Below, piece by piece: positions 17,543 to 25,830 of a stretch of 53,252 nt of DNA. Below the pieces are notes generated by a model. It made no database searches, was not told the DNA's origin, and saw only the letters and a program-made list of their open reading frames with translations. The first letter of the stretch is position 1; every line of letters begins with the position of its first letter. The DNA comes from a virus (taxonomy: Duplodnaviria; Caudoviricetes): the IMG/VR virus record IMGVR_UViG_3300013132_000065, positions 1 through 53,252 of that record, one strand, 5' to 3'. The translations under genes were made by a program, and so were the position numbers.

Positions 17543-18901
17543 ATGAAACAGTTTATCATTATACTAGGATTTTTATCCTTTACGTTAAGTTCCGTAGCAC
17601 AAGAACCTATGAGTTGTGCTATGTTAGGTGATACAAAAAATGTATTGCCAATGGGATTCTTAAAAAACAAAAGTAATCGTAGTAATACTGCCAAAACGAT
17701 TCCGGTAGTAGTTCATATAGTTTATACTGATGCTATAGAAAATACATATGTCCCTGTTGAGGCTATCCAACCTGCTATAGATCAATTAAATGTTGACTTC
17801 GAAGGAACTAATATATTATTTGAACTAGTAGGTTATGATTATACAGATTTATCTACCTATGTTTGGCATGATGCATATGTAAGTGGGCAGGTATGTTTTC
17901 CTACATACCAAAACCAAGCTACCATGTTAGCTAATGACGTGGCATGGGACATTTCAGAATATTGTAACATATACGTTATACCTAAAATGTGCTCTACAAT
18001 ATTAGGCTATGCATATGTAGGATATGGGCCAAATAATGCTGATGACGGTGTTTGGGTACTCACTAAAACTTTTGGTATTGGCGAATGGCCCCACCTGAAT
18101 CCCGCATATAACGAAAATGAAACCTTAACTCATGAGTTAGGACACTACTGCGGTTTATTTCATACATTCAATTTAAACCCAGGCACATGCGGTGCACAAG
18201 ACCCAGATATCCCTTGTGAATACGAAGGAGATTATGTTTGTGATACTCCTCCTACTAAACCTAGTGCTGGTTGTCCCGGTACTACTGGTTATCACTGTCC
18301 TATAACCAATTATGATGGCGGTGTTTGGTTTAATGCTCGTAATCATATGGATTATGGGGGCCAATATTGCAGAGATGAATTCACACCGGGCCAAATAGAT
18401 AGAATGCATGCTATGCTTGAATATCAAAGATATGAATTGTATAGCGATGATTCCGTAATACCATTCTGTCCCGGAGATTTTAATGGCGATGGGAACATAG
18501 GTACGGCTGATTTATTAGTAATATTATCAAACTACGGTTGTATAGGATGTGGTCCTTCACAAGGGGATGCTACTTTAGACTATGTAGTAGGTGTAGCTGA
18601 TATTAATTGGGTACTAGCCAATTGGGGTGAAATTTGCGGTGATGGTATAGGAATGATAGAAGGGGAAAATATTTATTTACCTCAACTACCATACGTTCCT
18701 CAAAAGCCGAAACAATCAATTCCGTTTAAGACGTTAGCAGCGTTACTAGTTCAAGAACCTAAGCCAATTCTAGAAATAAACTATTATGATATCATTGGGC
18801 GAAATATTAATCTGTCAGAATTAGTACAAACACGTGGCATATATGTCGTTGAAATTATTTTTGAAGATGGTTCACGGGCTGTGTTAAAAACGTATAACTA
18901 A
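17543..18901 (+). CDS. secreted M43 zinc metalloprotease with dockerin-like domain and T9SS-CTD-like tail
   Basis: Signal peptide, IPVVVHI, HELGHYCGLFHTF, NHMDY, CPGDFNGDGNIGTADLL, C-terminal YYDIIGR...GIYVVEI. Confidence 0.85.
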   Translation: MKQFIIILGFLSFTLSSVAQEPMSCAMLGDTKNVLPMGFLKNKSNRSNTAKTIPVVVHIVYTDAIENTYVPVEAIQPAIDQLNVDFEGTNILFELVGYDYTDLSTYVWHDAYVSGQVCFPTYQNQATMLANDVAWDISEYCNIYVIPKMCSTILGYAYVGYGPNNADDGVWVLTKTFGIGEWPHLNPAYNENETLTHELGHYCGLFHTFNLNPGTCGAQDPDIPCEYEGDYVCDTPPTKPSAGCPGTTGYHCPITNYDGGVWFNARNHMDYGGQYCRDEFTPGQIDRMHAMLEYQRYELYSDDSVIPFCPGDFNGDGNIGTADLLVILSNYGCIGCGPSQGDATLDYVVGVADINWVLANWGEICGDGIGMIEGENIYLPQLPYVPQKPKQSIPFKTLAALLVQEPKPILEINYYDIIGRNINLSELVQTRGIYVVEIIFEDGSRAVLKTYN

Positions 18902-18927
18902 TTTTCTTTAAAAAAGTATGCCAATAA

Positions 18928-18959
18928 TTTGGATACGATGGATTTAGTTCTTATCTTTA
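18928..18959 (+). promoter_or_regulatory. Bacteroidota sigma70-type promoter
   Basis: TTTG-N20-TATCTTTA. Confidence 0.7.
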
Positions 18960-18997
18960 TATAAAGAAGGAAGAAAAAAATTCAAAACAAATTAGTT

Positions 18998-19159
18998 ATG
19001 GTAAAAACTTTCGGAACCATTGAAGTTGAGTTGACCGGGTCATTGCTTCGAGTACGTGAAAAAGGCGAGCTTGTTAAATCCGAATTGCTTCGGGCTGATG
19101 ACGCCATGTATAAGTTCAATGATATGTGTAAACGTGTAGAAAAATATCTTGCACAATAA
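18998..19159 (+). CDS. small hypothetical protein (53 aa, not in ORF track)
   Basis: MVKTFGTIEVELTGSLLRVREKGE...YLAQ*; TAATG-coupled to the next gene. Confidence 0.7.
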   Translation: MVKTFGTIEVELTGSLLRVREKGELVKSELLRADDAMYKFNDMCKRVEKYLAQ

Positions 19160-19458
19160 TGATCACGCACGAGAGTATTTATCCCCCAGTAATCGTAACG
19201 ATTGCATCTGGTACATATGTATGCCCGGGCTGGCGCCGAGTTCCTGATAATACGACGGTGAATGATATTACATGGACTCCACCGGTGCGCGTAGAGCGAC
19301 CATTGCTTGAAGCAGTGATTGCTAGTAGTGATGGTAAAAGTCAATACACTGTTACAAATCGTAACGATATTTGGAGTTGTTCGTGCACAGGCTTTAAATA
19401 TCATAAGCGTTGCAAGCATATCGATCATGTCAAACAAACGAAAGTTAGCGATAGGTGA
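19159..19458 (+). CDS. SWIM zinc-finger protein
   Basis: WSCSCTGFKYHKRCKHI = CxC...CxH. Confidence 0.8.
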   Translation: MITHESIYPPVIVTIASGTYVCPGWRRVPDNTTVNDITWTPPVRVERPLLEAVIASSDGKSQYTVTNRNDIWSCSCTGFKYHKRCKHIDHVKQTKVSDR

Positions 19459-19753
19459 TAAGGTACGTGCACGTTTTTTAGGCGGGCTCGTGCAATGTAT
19501 CGTAATTGAGGTGATGCCTAATTCGTCATATAAACTACGTATGTACGATGGCATCATTATTCCTAATTGTTTTTGGAAGGACGAAGCAGACCGTAAATCG
19601 CCATGGTATATCGAAGACTTCCTAGGCAATACTGAAGAGTCAAAGTCAACAGTATATCAAAGTACCATGGAACACACTAATGATAAAGCTGAACTCGATG
19701 CTGCCATCAAAAAACAACGAAAATTCATCCGCGGCAAGCATTCGAAAGATTGA
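19427..19753 (+). CDS. hypothetical protein, SH3/KOW-like N-terminus
   Basis: MSNKRKLAIGDKVRARF start inside the 19319 ORF. Confidence 0.6.
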   Translation: MSNKRKLAIGDKVRARFLGGLVQCIVIEVMPNSSYKLRMYDGIIIPNCFWKDEADRKSPWYIEDFLGNTEESKSTVYQSTMEHTNDKAELDAAIKKQRKFIRGKHSKD

Positions 19754-19950
19754 ACCGTACCGATATATACATATATATAAATGTCTAATCGAGAATCGAA
19801 TATGTCAGGCCTGGGTCGAATATCCCATGTTTTGCGATTGTCCTGATCCGGGTAGTCGAGAAAACAAAGCAGAGTTAAAAAGACGATTTGGGTTTACATA
19901 TAGAGGATTTCAATTAGTTAAATTTAAAGTTTTAAGTTCAAGGAGAAACA

Positions 19951-20088
19951 ATGCCTAGAAAAATTTCTGTTAGCGGTTATACGGAACGTGTGCAAAAAAA
20001 GCGTCCCGGTATTCATACAAAATGTAGATCTAGTAAAAATAAAAAATCTAAAAACTACAAAAAAACGTACCGCGGTCAAGGTAGATAA
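19951..20088 (+). CDS. small, very basic protein ending YRGQGR (45 aa, not in ORF track)
   Basis: MPRKISVSGYTERVQKKRPGIHTKCRSSKNKKSKNYKKTYRGQGR*; AAGGAG upstream. Confidence 0.75.
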   Translation: MPRKISVSGYTERVQKKRPGIHTKCRSSKNKKSKNYKKTYRGQGR

Positions 20089-20090
20089 TC

Positions 20091-20279
20091 ATGAACAGGG
20101 AAGATCGTTTTTTATTCATTCATAATGAAATTAATTCACGCAATCTCACTGCTGAGTTTAGGACGCAGATTGCCAAAATGAAATTCCAAGATCATCATCG
20201 TTTCAAGGATATGCTCGAACGATGGGAATATGCATATGAAAAGTTAATTATTAAAACAGAACAATCGAACCATACGTAA
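20091..20279 (+). CDS. hypothetical protein
   Basis: 62 aa ORF in operon context. Confidence 0.65.
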   Translation: MNREDRFLFIHNEINSRNLTAEFRTQIAKMKFQDHHRFKDMLERWEYAYEKLIIKTEQSNHT

Positions 20280-20293
20280 TATTTATTTAAAAC

Positions 20294-20506
20294 ATGATTA
20301 TATTAGAAAACATAGAAACAGGCAATTACCATGAAGGAAATGTGCTTGAATTCTTCGTTAACGAAGAAACGCTGATTGGAGAGGTTTATCTAGACGGCTT
20401 TTTGATTTTTCAAGACATTGATATAATTGACGAAGAACAACTAGAATTGTCCTTCAATAAAAACTTCATCCAGACTGATGTGGATGATTACCAATACGAT
20501 TTTTAA
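20294..20506 (+). CDS. small, highly acidic protein
   Basis: 70 aa, D/E-rich; ATATTTAT at 20279. Confidence 0.65.
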   Translation: MIILENIETGNYHEGNVLEFFVNEETLIGEVYLDGFLIFQDIDIIDEEQLELSFNKNFIQTDVDDYQYDF

Positions 20507-20536
20507 TTATTTATATTTATAACAAAGGAGTATGTT

Positions 20537-20722
20537 ATGACATCACAAGAATTATTTACTAACATGGAAGCCCATTGGAATGAGTTCGCGGAAAATCACA
20601 ATAAGTACGTTGATAAGGGTAATAAGGCAGCTGCTACCCGCGCTCGTAAATCTATTGGCGAACTTAAAAAACTTATTACAGAATACAGAAAAGAGTCAGT
20701 TGCTGAAAGCAAAAGAACCTGA
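20537..20722 (+). CDS. histone H1-like Hc1-family nucleoid protein
   Basis: KGNKAAATRARKSIGELKKLITEYRKESV signature. Confidence 0.75.
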   Translation: MTSQELFTNMEAHWNEFAENHNKYVDKGNKAAATRARKSIGELKKLITEYRKESVAESKRT

Positions 20723-20726
20723 TACA

Positions 20727-21122
20727 ATGAAACCTAACCGTAAATACAATATTAGAGCTATCATACGAGAGGAGCTTAATAACATTATCCGTGAACAGGA
20801 TGGTAAGTATGGACGTCTTCTCGATGCTGAAAATTTCGACCCGATTGATCCTGAAGTCTATGTACAAGGATTTGGTACAATGACACGGTCTTCGCTTCAT
20901 ATGGATATTGCAAAACGTTTGATAAGTATTGCACGTACTGCTAAACAGGCAGCGTCGAGCGGTACTAATTCATATGATAAATTTAAGGTATTGCAATCCG
21001 AGTTAGGTGATAAATCACAAATTATGCAGCTGATTAAGGCTGAACTTGATGTGGCTAATGAGCTCGAGACTATACGTACTCGAGGCGGACGCCGTACAAC
21101 GCCAATTCCTAAGCAAAATTAA
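20727..21122 (+). CDS. hypothetical protein with IIREE motif
   Basis: MKPNRKYNIRAIIREELNNIIREQ; start at 20727 inside the 20580 ORF. Confidence 0.7.
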   Translation: MKPNRKYNIRAIIREELNNIIREQDGKYGRLLDAENFDPIDPEVYVQGFGTMTRSSLHMDIAKRLISIARTAKQAASSGTNSYDKFKVLQSELGDKSQIMQLIKAELDVANELETIRTRGGRRTTPIPKQN

Positions 21123-21167
21123 TTTTGTTTTAAATAAAAAAGTTATTATATTTTCAAAAAAAAAGTT

Positions 21168-21374
21168 ATGAGTTATTATCTAGCAAAAGTTAAAGTAGCC
21201 ACTGATACTCCCAAAGGAGTTAAATGGCAAACAGAGTCTTATCTTGTCAATGCCGCGACGGTCACACATGCCGAAGCCCTCATCAATGAAGAGTTTCAGC
21301 AAGGCGGTGTTGATTTTGACGTAAAGTCGATTTCAAGTAGTTCAATTATTAAGGTCGTTGAGTCAAAAAAATAA
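21168..21374 (+). CDS. DUF4494-like protein
   Basis: KWQTESYLVNAATVTHAEALINEE...VKSISSSSI pattern. Confidence 0.6.
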   Translation: MSYYLAKVKVATDTPKGVKWQTESYLVNAATVTHAEALINEEFQQGGVDFDVKSISSSSIIKVVESKK

Positions 21375-21380
21375 TTTAGT

Positions 21381-21761
21381 ATGACTAAATATTTACCCGG
21401 CGATCATGTTGTCATTTTTAATGATAACAGACTTGAGGTTGGATTAGTTACAAATGTACGTAAACGTAAAAATGCTGTAGCTGGATATGACGTACGTACG
21501 GAACGCGGTTCTGCTCTCCCAATTGTTCCAATTGGAAAGTCTAAGTCAAAAACAGCATTGTATATTGATGCGGAGATGACGGCTATCTGGACGCAGTCTG
21601 GCGGAAGTACTAACCTGTACATTGATAAAAATGTTGGCCATACGCGCGCGAATTATAGTAACACGATTGCATTACGGCTAGATGGCGATGATGGTAAAGT
21701 AGGGCATTTTGAAAAATACCACGACTTTATCTTCCCAACTATTGGCGCTAGATCATATTAA
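21381..21761 (+). CDS. hypothetical protein, SH3/KOW-like N-terminus
   Basis: YLPGDHVVI...VGLVTNV. Confidence 0.6.
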   Translation: MTKYLPGDHVVIFNDNRLEVGLVTNVRKRKNAVAGYDVRTERGSALPIVPIGKSKSKTALYIDAEMTAIWTQSGGSTNLYIDKNVGHTRANYSNTIALRLDGDDGKVGHFEKYHDFIFPTIGARSY

Positions 21762-21763
21762 TC

Positions 21764-22063
21764 ATGAATAAGTTTAAGCAGTTAGTACTAAAGCATTATC
21801 CAAATGCATATCTAGATTATTCAGAGGACGGATATACAGTTCTCTCAGATGGCATATTCCTAGCGGAAGAATATTTGATGCCAAACACATATGATCCGGA
21901 TAAAGCATGGGAGTATGCGGCCATGTGTTGTAAAATTACACAAAATTTCAACCGTACGCATCCGCTACGAATGGACCTATCATCTATTGAACAAAAAATT
22001 GGGCGTATCAATCAACGAAAGCGAAAATCGTATGTTAGAGCAGCTAAGACAAAAACTACATAA
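21764..22063 (+). CDS. hypothetical protein
   Basis: 99 aa ORF in operon context. Confidence 0.65.
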   Translation: MNKFKQLVLKHYPNAYLDYSEDGYTVLSDGIFLAEEYLMPNTYDPDKAWEYAAMCCKITQNFNRTHPLRMDLSSIEQKIGRINQRKRKSYVRAAKTKTT

Positions 22064-22775
22064 ATCATTTGATACGTTTGTATCAAAATTAGAAGCTTCA
22101 CAACAAATGCCAACGATTAAAGAAGACCAAAAAGTCATAAATGGGACTATAGATGTAATGCCCGTTGAAGATCTTCGTGATGACATGATCGCTGCATCTG
22201 ATTATTTACAATTTTCAGCTGAGGCTGTCGGATATGCTAGTCGAGAACAGCAATTTAATATGTATAATGCCGTCGGATCACATATCAATGTAATGGAGGC
22301 ATCTATTATAGATTTCGGTGCTGGTCGAGGTGATTTTGCTAGATGGATTTGTTCTACTTATAATACATCTCCGGCTAATATCAATTACATTGGATTGGAT
22401 TTCAATGAAAATTTAGTGACAGCGTCGCGCGATTTAGGTGATGAAGTTGATGTACGTAATATCGACTGGTTTTTGCTAGATAGTGATATGCGCGCAGATT
22501 GGTGTATCAACGTAAATTCTAGTAATCTGCGATATGATGCAAATGTCAACTTGTCAGACCGCGAATATCTTGAAAAGACTATTGACGTAATGGTTGAACA
22601 TGCTGATATCGGAGCAATAATTTCACTATCATCGGATGTATCAAATGTTCAAGATGGCTTGATTAATTGGAATCCGGGTGATATATTTAATTGGGCAGTA
22701 AAAAAATACGGTACTGTTGCATTAGATCATTCATTCTCAGAACACGTTTTTGTTTTAATTATTTATAAATCTTAA
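22032..22775 (+). CDS. class I SAM-dependent methyltransferase
   Basis: Motif I IIDFGAGRGDF, YIGLDFN; start MLEQLRQ at 22032. Confidence 0.7.
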   Translation: MLEQLRQKLHKSFDTFVSKLEASQQMPTIKEDQKVINGTIDVMPVEDLRDDMIAASDYLQFSAEAVGYASREQQFNMYNAVGSHINVMEASIIDFGAGRGDFARWICSTYNTSPANINYIGLDFNENLVTASRDLGDEVDVRNIDWFLLDSDMRADWCINVNSSNLRYDANVNLSDREYLEKTIDVMVEHADIGAIISLSSDVSNVQDGLINWNPGDIFNWAVKKYGTVALDHSFSEHVFVLIIYKS

Positions 22776-22785
22776 AAAAATCTCA

Positions 22786-23061
22786 ATGAGTATTAACAGC
22801 AGATATGCAGTCGACCAAAAAAAGGTCCGTCGTTATGGAAAACACTATGGTTCAATCGACTTCGAATGTAATCACGAAGTTACGGCAGATGTTTTTAGCC
22901 AAATGCCGGATCGTCCGGTCATTGGTACATTTACAATTGCCGGCAAAAATTTCGATCTTACATGGGATGAAATGGAGTTAATTGAAGATACGATGCGAAT
23001 CGCAAGGGAGACAACCCTCAAACGGTATCGCTTAGGTATGATGGGAACACTAAGTCGATAA
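22786..23061 (+). CDS. hypothetical protein
   Basis: 91 aa ORF in operon context. Confidence 0.7.
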   Translation: MSINSRYAVDQKKVRRYGKHYGSIDFECNHEVTADVFSQMPDRPVIGTFTIAGKNFDLTWDEMELIEDTMRIARETTLKRYRLGMMGTLSR

Positions 23062-23062
23062 A

Positions 23063-23275
23063 ATGGGCTTTCACCGGCGCACAATAAACATTGATATATT
23101 ACGTACCGTATATAAAAATGAAGGCGTCGATGGAATCGATCGATTGATCAATGGAAGATATGATGTATTATCTATTAACGATACACCGTCGATGGAAATA
23201 TATCATATCTTCCAATCTCATTTTGATTCCGACACGTTCAAATGCCAATTGATACGTAATATTCTTACGGTATAA
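23063..23275 (+). CDS. hypothetical protein
   Basis: 70 aa, MGFHRR start. Confidence 0.65.
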   Translation: MGFHRRTINIDILRTVYKNEGVDGIDRLINGRYDVLSINDTPSMEIYHIFQSHFDSDTFKCQLIRNILTV

Positions 23276-23352
23276 TAATATTTCATGCAAATATTTATTC
23301 AAAAGAGGGTATATACCACGGCCGCTGTCACTCTCTTAACTTATTAATATAG

Positions 23353-23757
23353 GTGATAGCAATGAAATTTCGTGACATACAGTTGCATGAAGATGATTTT
23401 GATGTATTTGTAACACTCAATCCATCGCAGAAACTAGAGTTTATTGATGAAATCAAACGTAACGGTACTGTGGATGCAGATCGTTATGCAGATGAAGCCG
23501 AAAATGATGTAAATGTCAGTGTGTTTCAATATCAGGAAGTTGTACATGGCGACGAATTCATGAATATCATGCAATATGATAATATTTTACGATTAAACTC
23601 GACGAGTCTTAAAATGATACGTAAGTTTGTACATAAACTATGGATGGATGGATTAATTATGAATCATATCAATATTAAAAAATCCAAGTTAGATACACAT
23701 CGTTACTTACGAGTATATAGATTAATCGAGCAATACAACCCTATTTGTGAAAACTAA
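23353..23757 (+). CDS. hypothetical protein
   Basis: 134 aa ORF after ATATTTAT at 23291. Confidence 0.65.
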   Translation: MIAMKFRDIQLHEDDFDVFVTLNPSQKLEFIDEIKRNGTVDADRYADEAENDVNVSVFQYQEVVHGDEFMNIMQYDNILRLNSTSLKMIRKFVHKLWMDGLIMNHINIKKSKLDTHRYLRVYRLIEQYNPICEN

Positions 23758-23807
23758 TACATTTCGGTTGTAATTTTCAAAAAAACCAATATATTTATAT
23801 TATATAA

Positions 23808-24306
23808 GGTTGATACTGCGGGTCGGCCTTATTATAAATTATTTTTTTAACCATCTAAGGAGGTAAACAATGAGTAGACATCCACTACATGCTTTCGATC
23901 TCTTAGTAAGAGATATGTTTAATGCAAATTCTGAATTTGCATCCGCGTTTCAAACAAAAGTACATCATCCCGTCGATATCCGAGAAACTGATTCCGGATT
24001 GCTTATTGAAATCGCAGTAGTCGGCGCTGACCGAGATGATATTGAGCTAATAGCCCAAGGCGATACAATTAGAGTTGCATATCGTAAAGATAGTCGCGAT
24101 GAAGCTGATTTTATTCAGCGTGGTATTGCAAAACGTAATTTTGATATTGGCTGGCGCTTAGCTAGTAAATTTAATGTTGAGAAGACTTCGGCTTCTCTAG
24201 ACAAGGGACTTCTTTCAATTGAAGTTCCATATAAAAAAGAAGAAGCAACTTTTAAAGTTACAATTCACTAATTAGTTACAACCCACGGCCGACCCGCAAA
24301 TCAGCC
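23808..24306 (+). repeat. inverted repeat bracketing the Hsp20 gene
   Basis: TGCGGGTCGGCC 23817-23828 and GGCCGACCCGCA 24287-24298, extended by GGTTGAT/ATCAGCC. Confidence 0.85.
23870..24271 (+). CDS. small heat-shock protein (Hsp20/alpha-crystallin)
   Basis: HPVDIRET, IEIAVVG, QRGIAKRNF, ASLDKGLLSIEVP; AAGGAGGT upstream. Confidence 0.9.
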   Translation: MSRHPLHAFDLLVRDMFNANSEFASAFQTKVHHPVDIRETDSGLLIEIAVVGADRDDIELIAQGDTIRVAYRKDSRDEADFIQRGIAKRNFDIGWRLASKFNVEKTSASLDKGLLSIEVPYKKEEATFKVTIH

Positions 24307-24340
24307 CCTATTTCTTATTTTAAGAACGATCTATGTAGGC

Positions 24341-24535
24341 ATGAAGCATGAACAATATATAGAGTACCAAAATCAACTCTACATTGTAGATCGTATAATT
24401 AGTACATCTAAGTTTAAAGGTGAGCTCAATGCAGATATATTAAAGCAATGGTCAAATTGTGATACTATTCTGCAACGAGAAAATCAATTTTATTTTTGTA
24501 AGCTAGTCCCGGACGCTGAAATTATTTCTGGCTAA
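24341..24535 (+). CDS. hypothetical protein
   Basis: 64 aa ORF. Confidence 0.65.
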   Translation: MKHEQYIEYQNQLYIVDRIISTSKFKGELNADILKQWSNCDTILQRENQFYFCKLVPDAEIISG

Positions 24536-24538
24536 AAG

Positions 24539-24570
24539 GTTGTGCATATCAACTTTTTTACTTATCTTTA
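24539..24570 (+). promoter_or_regulatory. Bacteroidota sigma70-type promoter
   Basis: GTTG-N20-TATCTTTA ending 3 nt before the uvsE ATG. Confidence 0.6.
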
Positions 24571-24573
24571 AGT

Positions 24574-25629
24574 ATGAATAATTTAGTACAGGTTGGTTAT
24601 GCATGTGTCAATATGACGCTCACCAATCGTCCCAAACACCTAGGCGGTCGCGTTACTACATCACGCAGTTGTCGCAAAGCCAAATGGCATCCGACGCGTG
24701 ATTTGCATACAATTGGCGAGCTTGCAGTAGCAAATGCCAACGATTTGCTTTTGTATTTGCGTTGGAACGAAGACAATAACATTCGCCTATTTAGACTAGG
24801 TTCAGAGTTAGTGCCATGGCATGACCAATTCGAATTGCATGAGCTGCCGCAATATGACGAATTAGCTAGCCTGTTACGAGCAGCCGGTGACTATGCCAAA
24901 TTACATGGTCATCGTATTACAACTCATCCTGGCCCGTTTCATGTACTAGGTTCTCCTTCTCAAGACGTGGCTGACAAGACTATTATCGGTCTCGAACGTC
25001 ACTCTGACATCTTCGACCTTATGGGCTTCGACCCGTCGCCGTATAACAAGATCAATATTCATATCGGCGGCGCATATGGCGATCGCGAGAGCACTGCCGC
25101 GCGATGGATTGCCAATTGGCGTCGTTTGTCTGACTTTTGCAAGGCTCGATTAGTTATCGAGAATGACGACAAGCCAAGCATGTATAGTGTTGCGCAGTTA
25201 TATGAGCTGTTTCATCATGAGATTGGCATTCCTATTACATTCGACTACTTCCACCATTCATTTCATACCGGCGGTTTATCCGAACGCGAGGCCCTCGAGC
25301 TAGCTGGTTCAACGTGGCCACGTGACGTAGTTCAATGTACACATTACAGCGAGTCGCGCCGCGACGAATATAGTAACGAATTGCAGCAGCTATGTATGCG
25401 GCAAGGTATTACATTCGACGATATGCCAAATTGGCCGACATTTGCTGCAATGTACAAACAATTTCAGAAGATCAAGGCACCGGCACATTCTGATTACATT
25501 ACAGGTACGATCAACAGCTACGGCAATCGTATTGACGTCATGGTCGAGGCCAAAGCCAAGGAATTAGCAGTTCTTCAATACAAGCATGCCCAAAAAGCCG
25601 CGCAAACAAATGATTTAATTCTAGTATAA
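24574..25629 (+). CDS. uvsE: UV-damage endonuclease (UvsE/UvdE)
   Basis: GYACVN, FRLGSELVPW, THPGPF, INIHIGG, IENDDK, FDYFHH, HYSE, AHSDYI, MVEAKAKELA. Confidence 0.93.
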   Translation: MNNLVQVGYACVNMTLTNRPKHLGGRVTTSRSCRKAKWHPTRDLHTIGELAVANANDLLLYLRWNEDNNIRLFRLGSELVPWHDQFELHELPQYDELASLLRAAGDYAKLHGHRITTHPGPFHVLGSPSQDVADKTIIGLERHSDIFDLMGFDPSPYNKINIHIGGAYGDRESTAARWIANWRRLSDFCKARLVIENDDKPSMYSVAQLYELFHHEIGIPITFDYFHHSFHTGGLSEREALELAGSTWPRDVVQCTHYSESRRDEYSNELQQLCMRQGITFDDMPNWPTFAAMYKQFQKIKAPAHSDYITGTINSYGNRIDVMVEAKAKELAVLQYKHAQKAAQTNDLILV

Positions 25630-25650
25630 TATTTATTAAAAAGGTTTATA

Positions 25651-25824
25651 ATGAGAGATAGAGAAAATGTATTACGTCTACTAGACGAAGTAGACAACAT
25701 GGTTATGATTTTAGATAGTACTGTCGAACGCGGTCTTCCAATAGATCCTGCAGAAGCTCGATCGCGTTTTCGACAAATGCGTCAAAAATTACAAATTATA
25801 ACAGACCGAGTTTCTGCATCATAA
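25651..25824 (+). CDS. small hypothetical protein (57 aa, not in ORF track)
   Basis: MRDRENVLRLLDEVDNM...DRVSAS*; after ATATTTAT at 25629. Confidence 0.7.
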   Translation: MRDRENVLRLLDEVDNMVMILDSTVERGLPIDPAEARSRFRQMRQKLQIITDRVSAS

Positions 25825-25830
25825 TGAACA

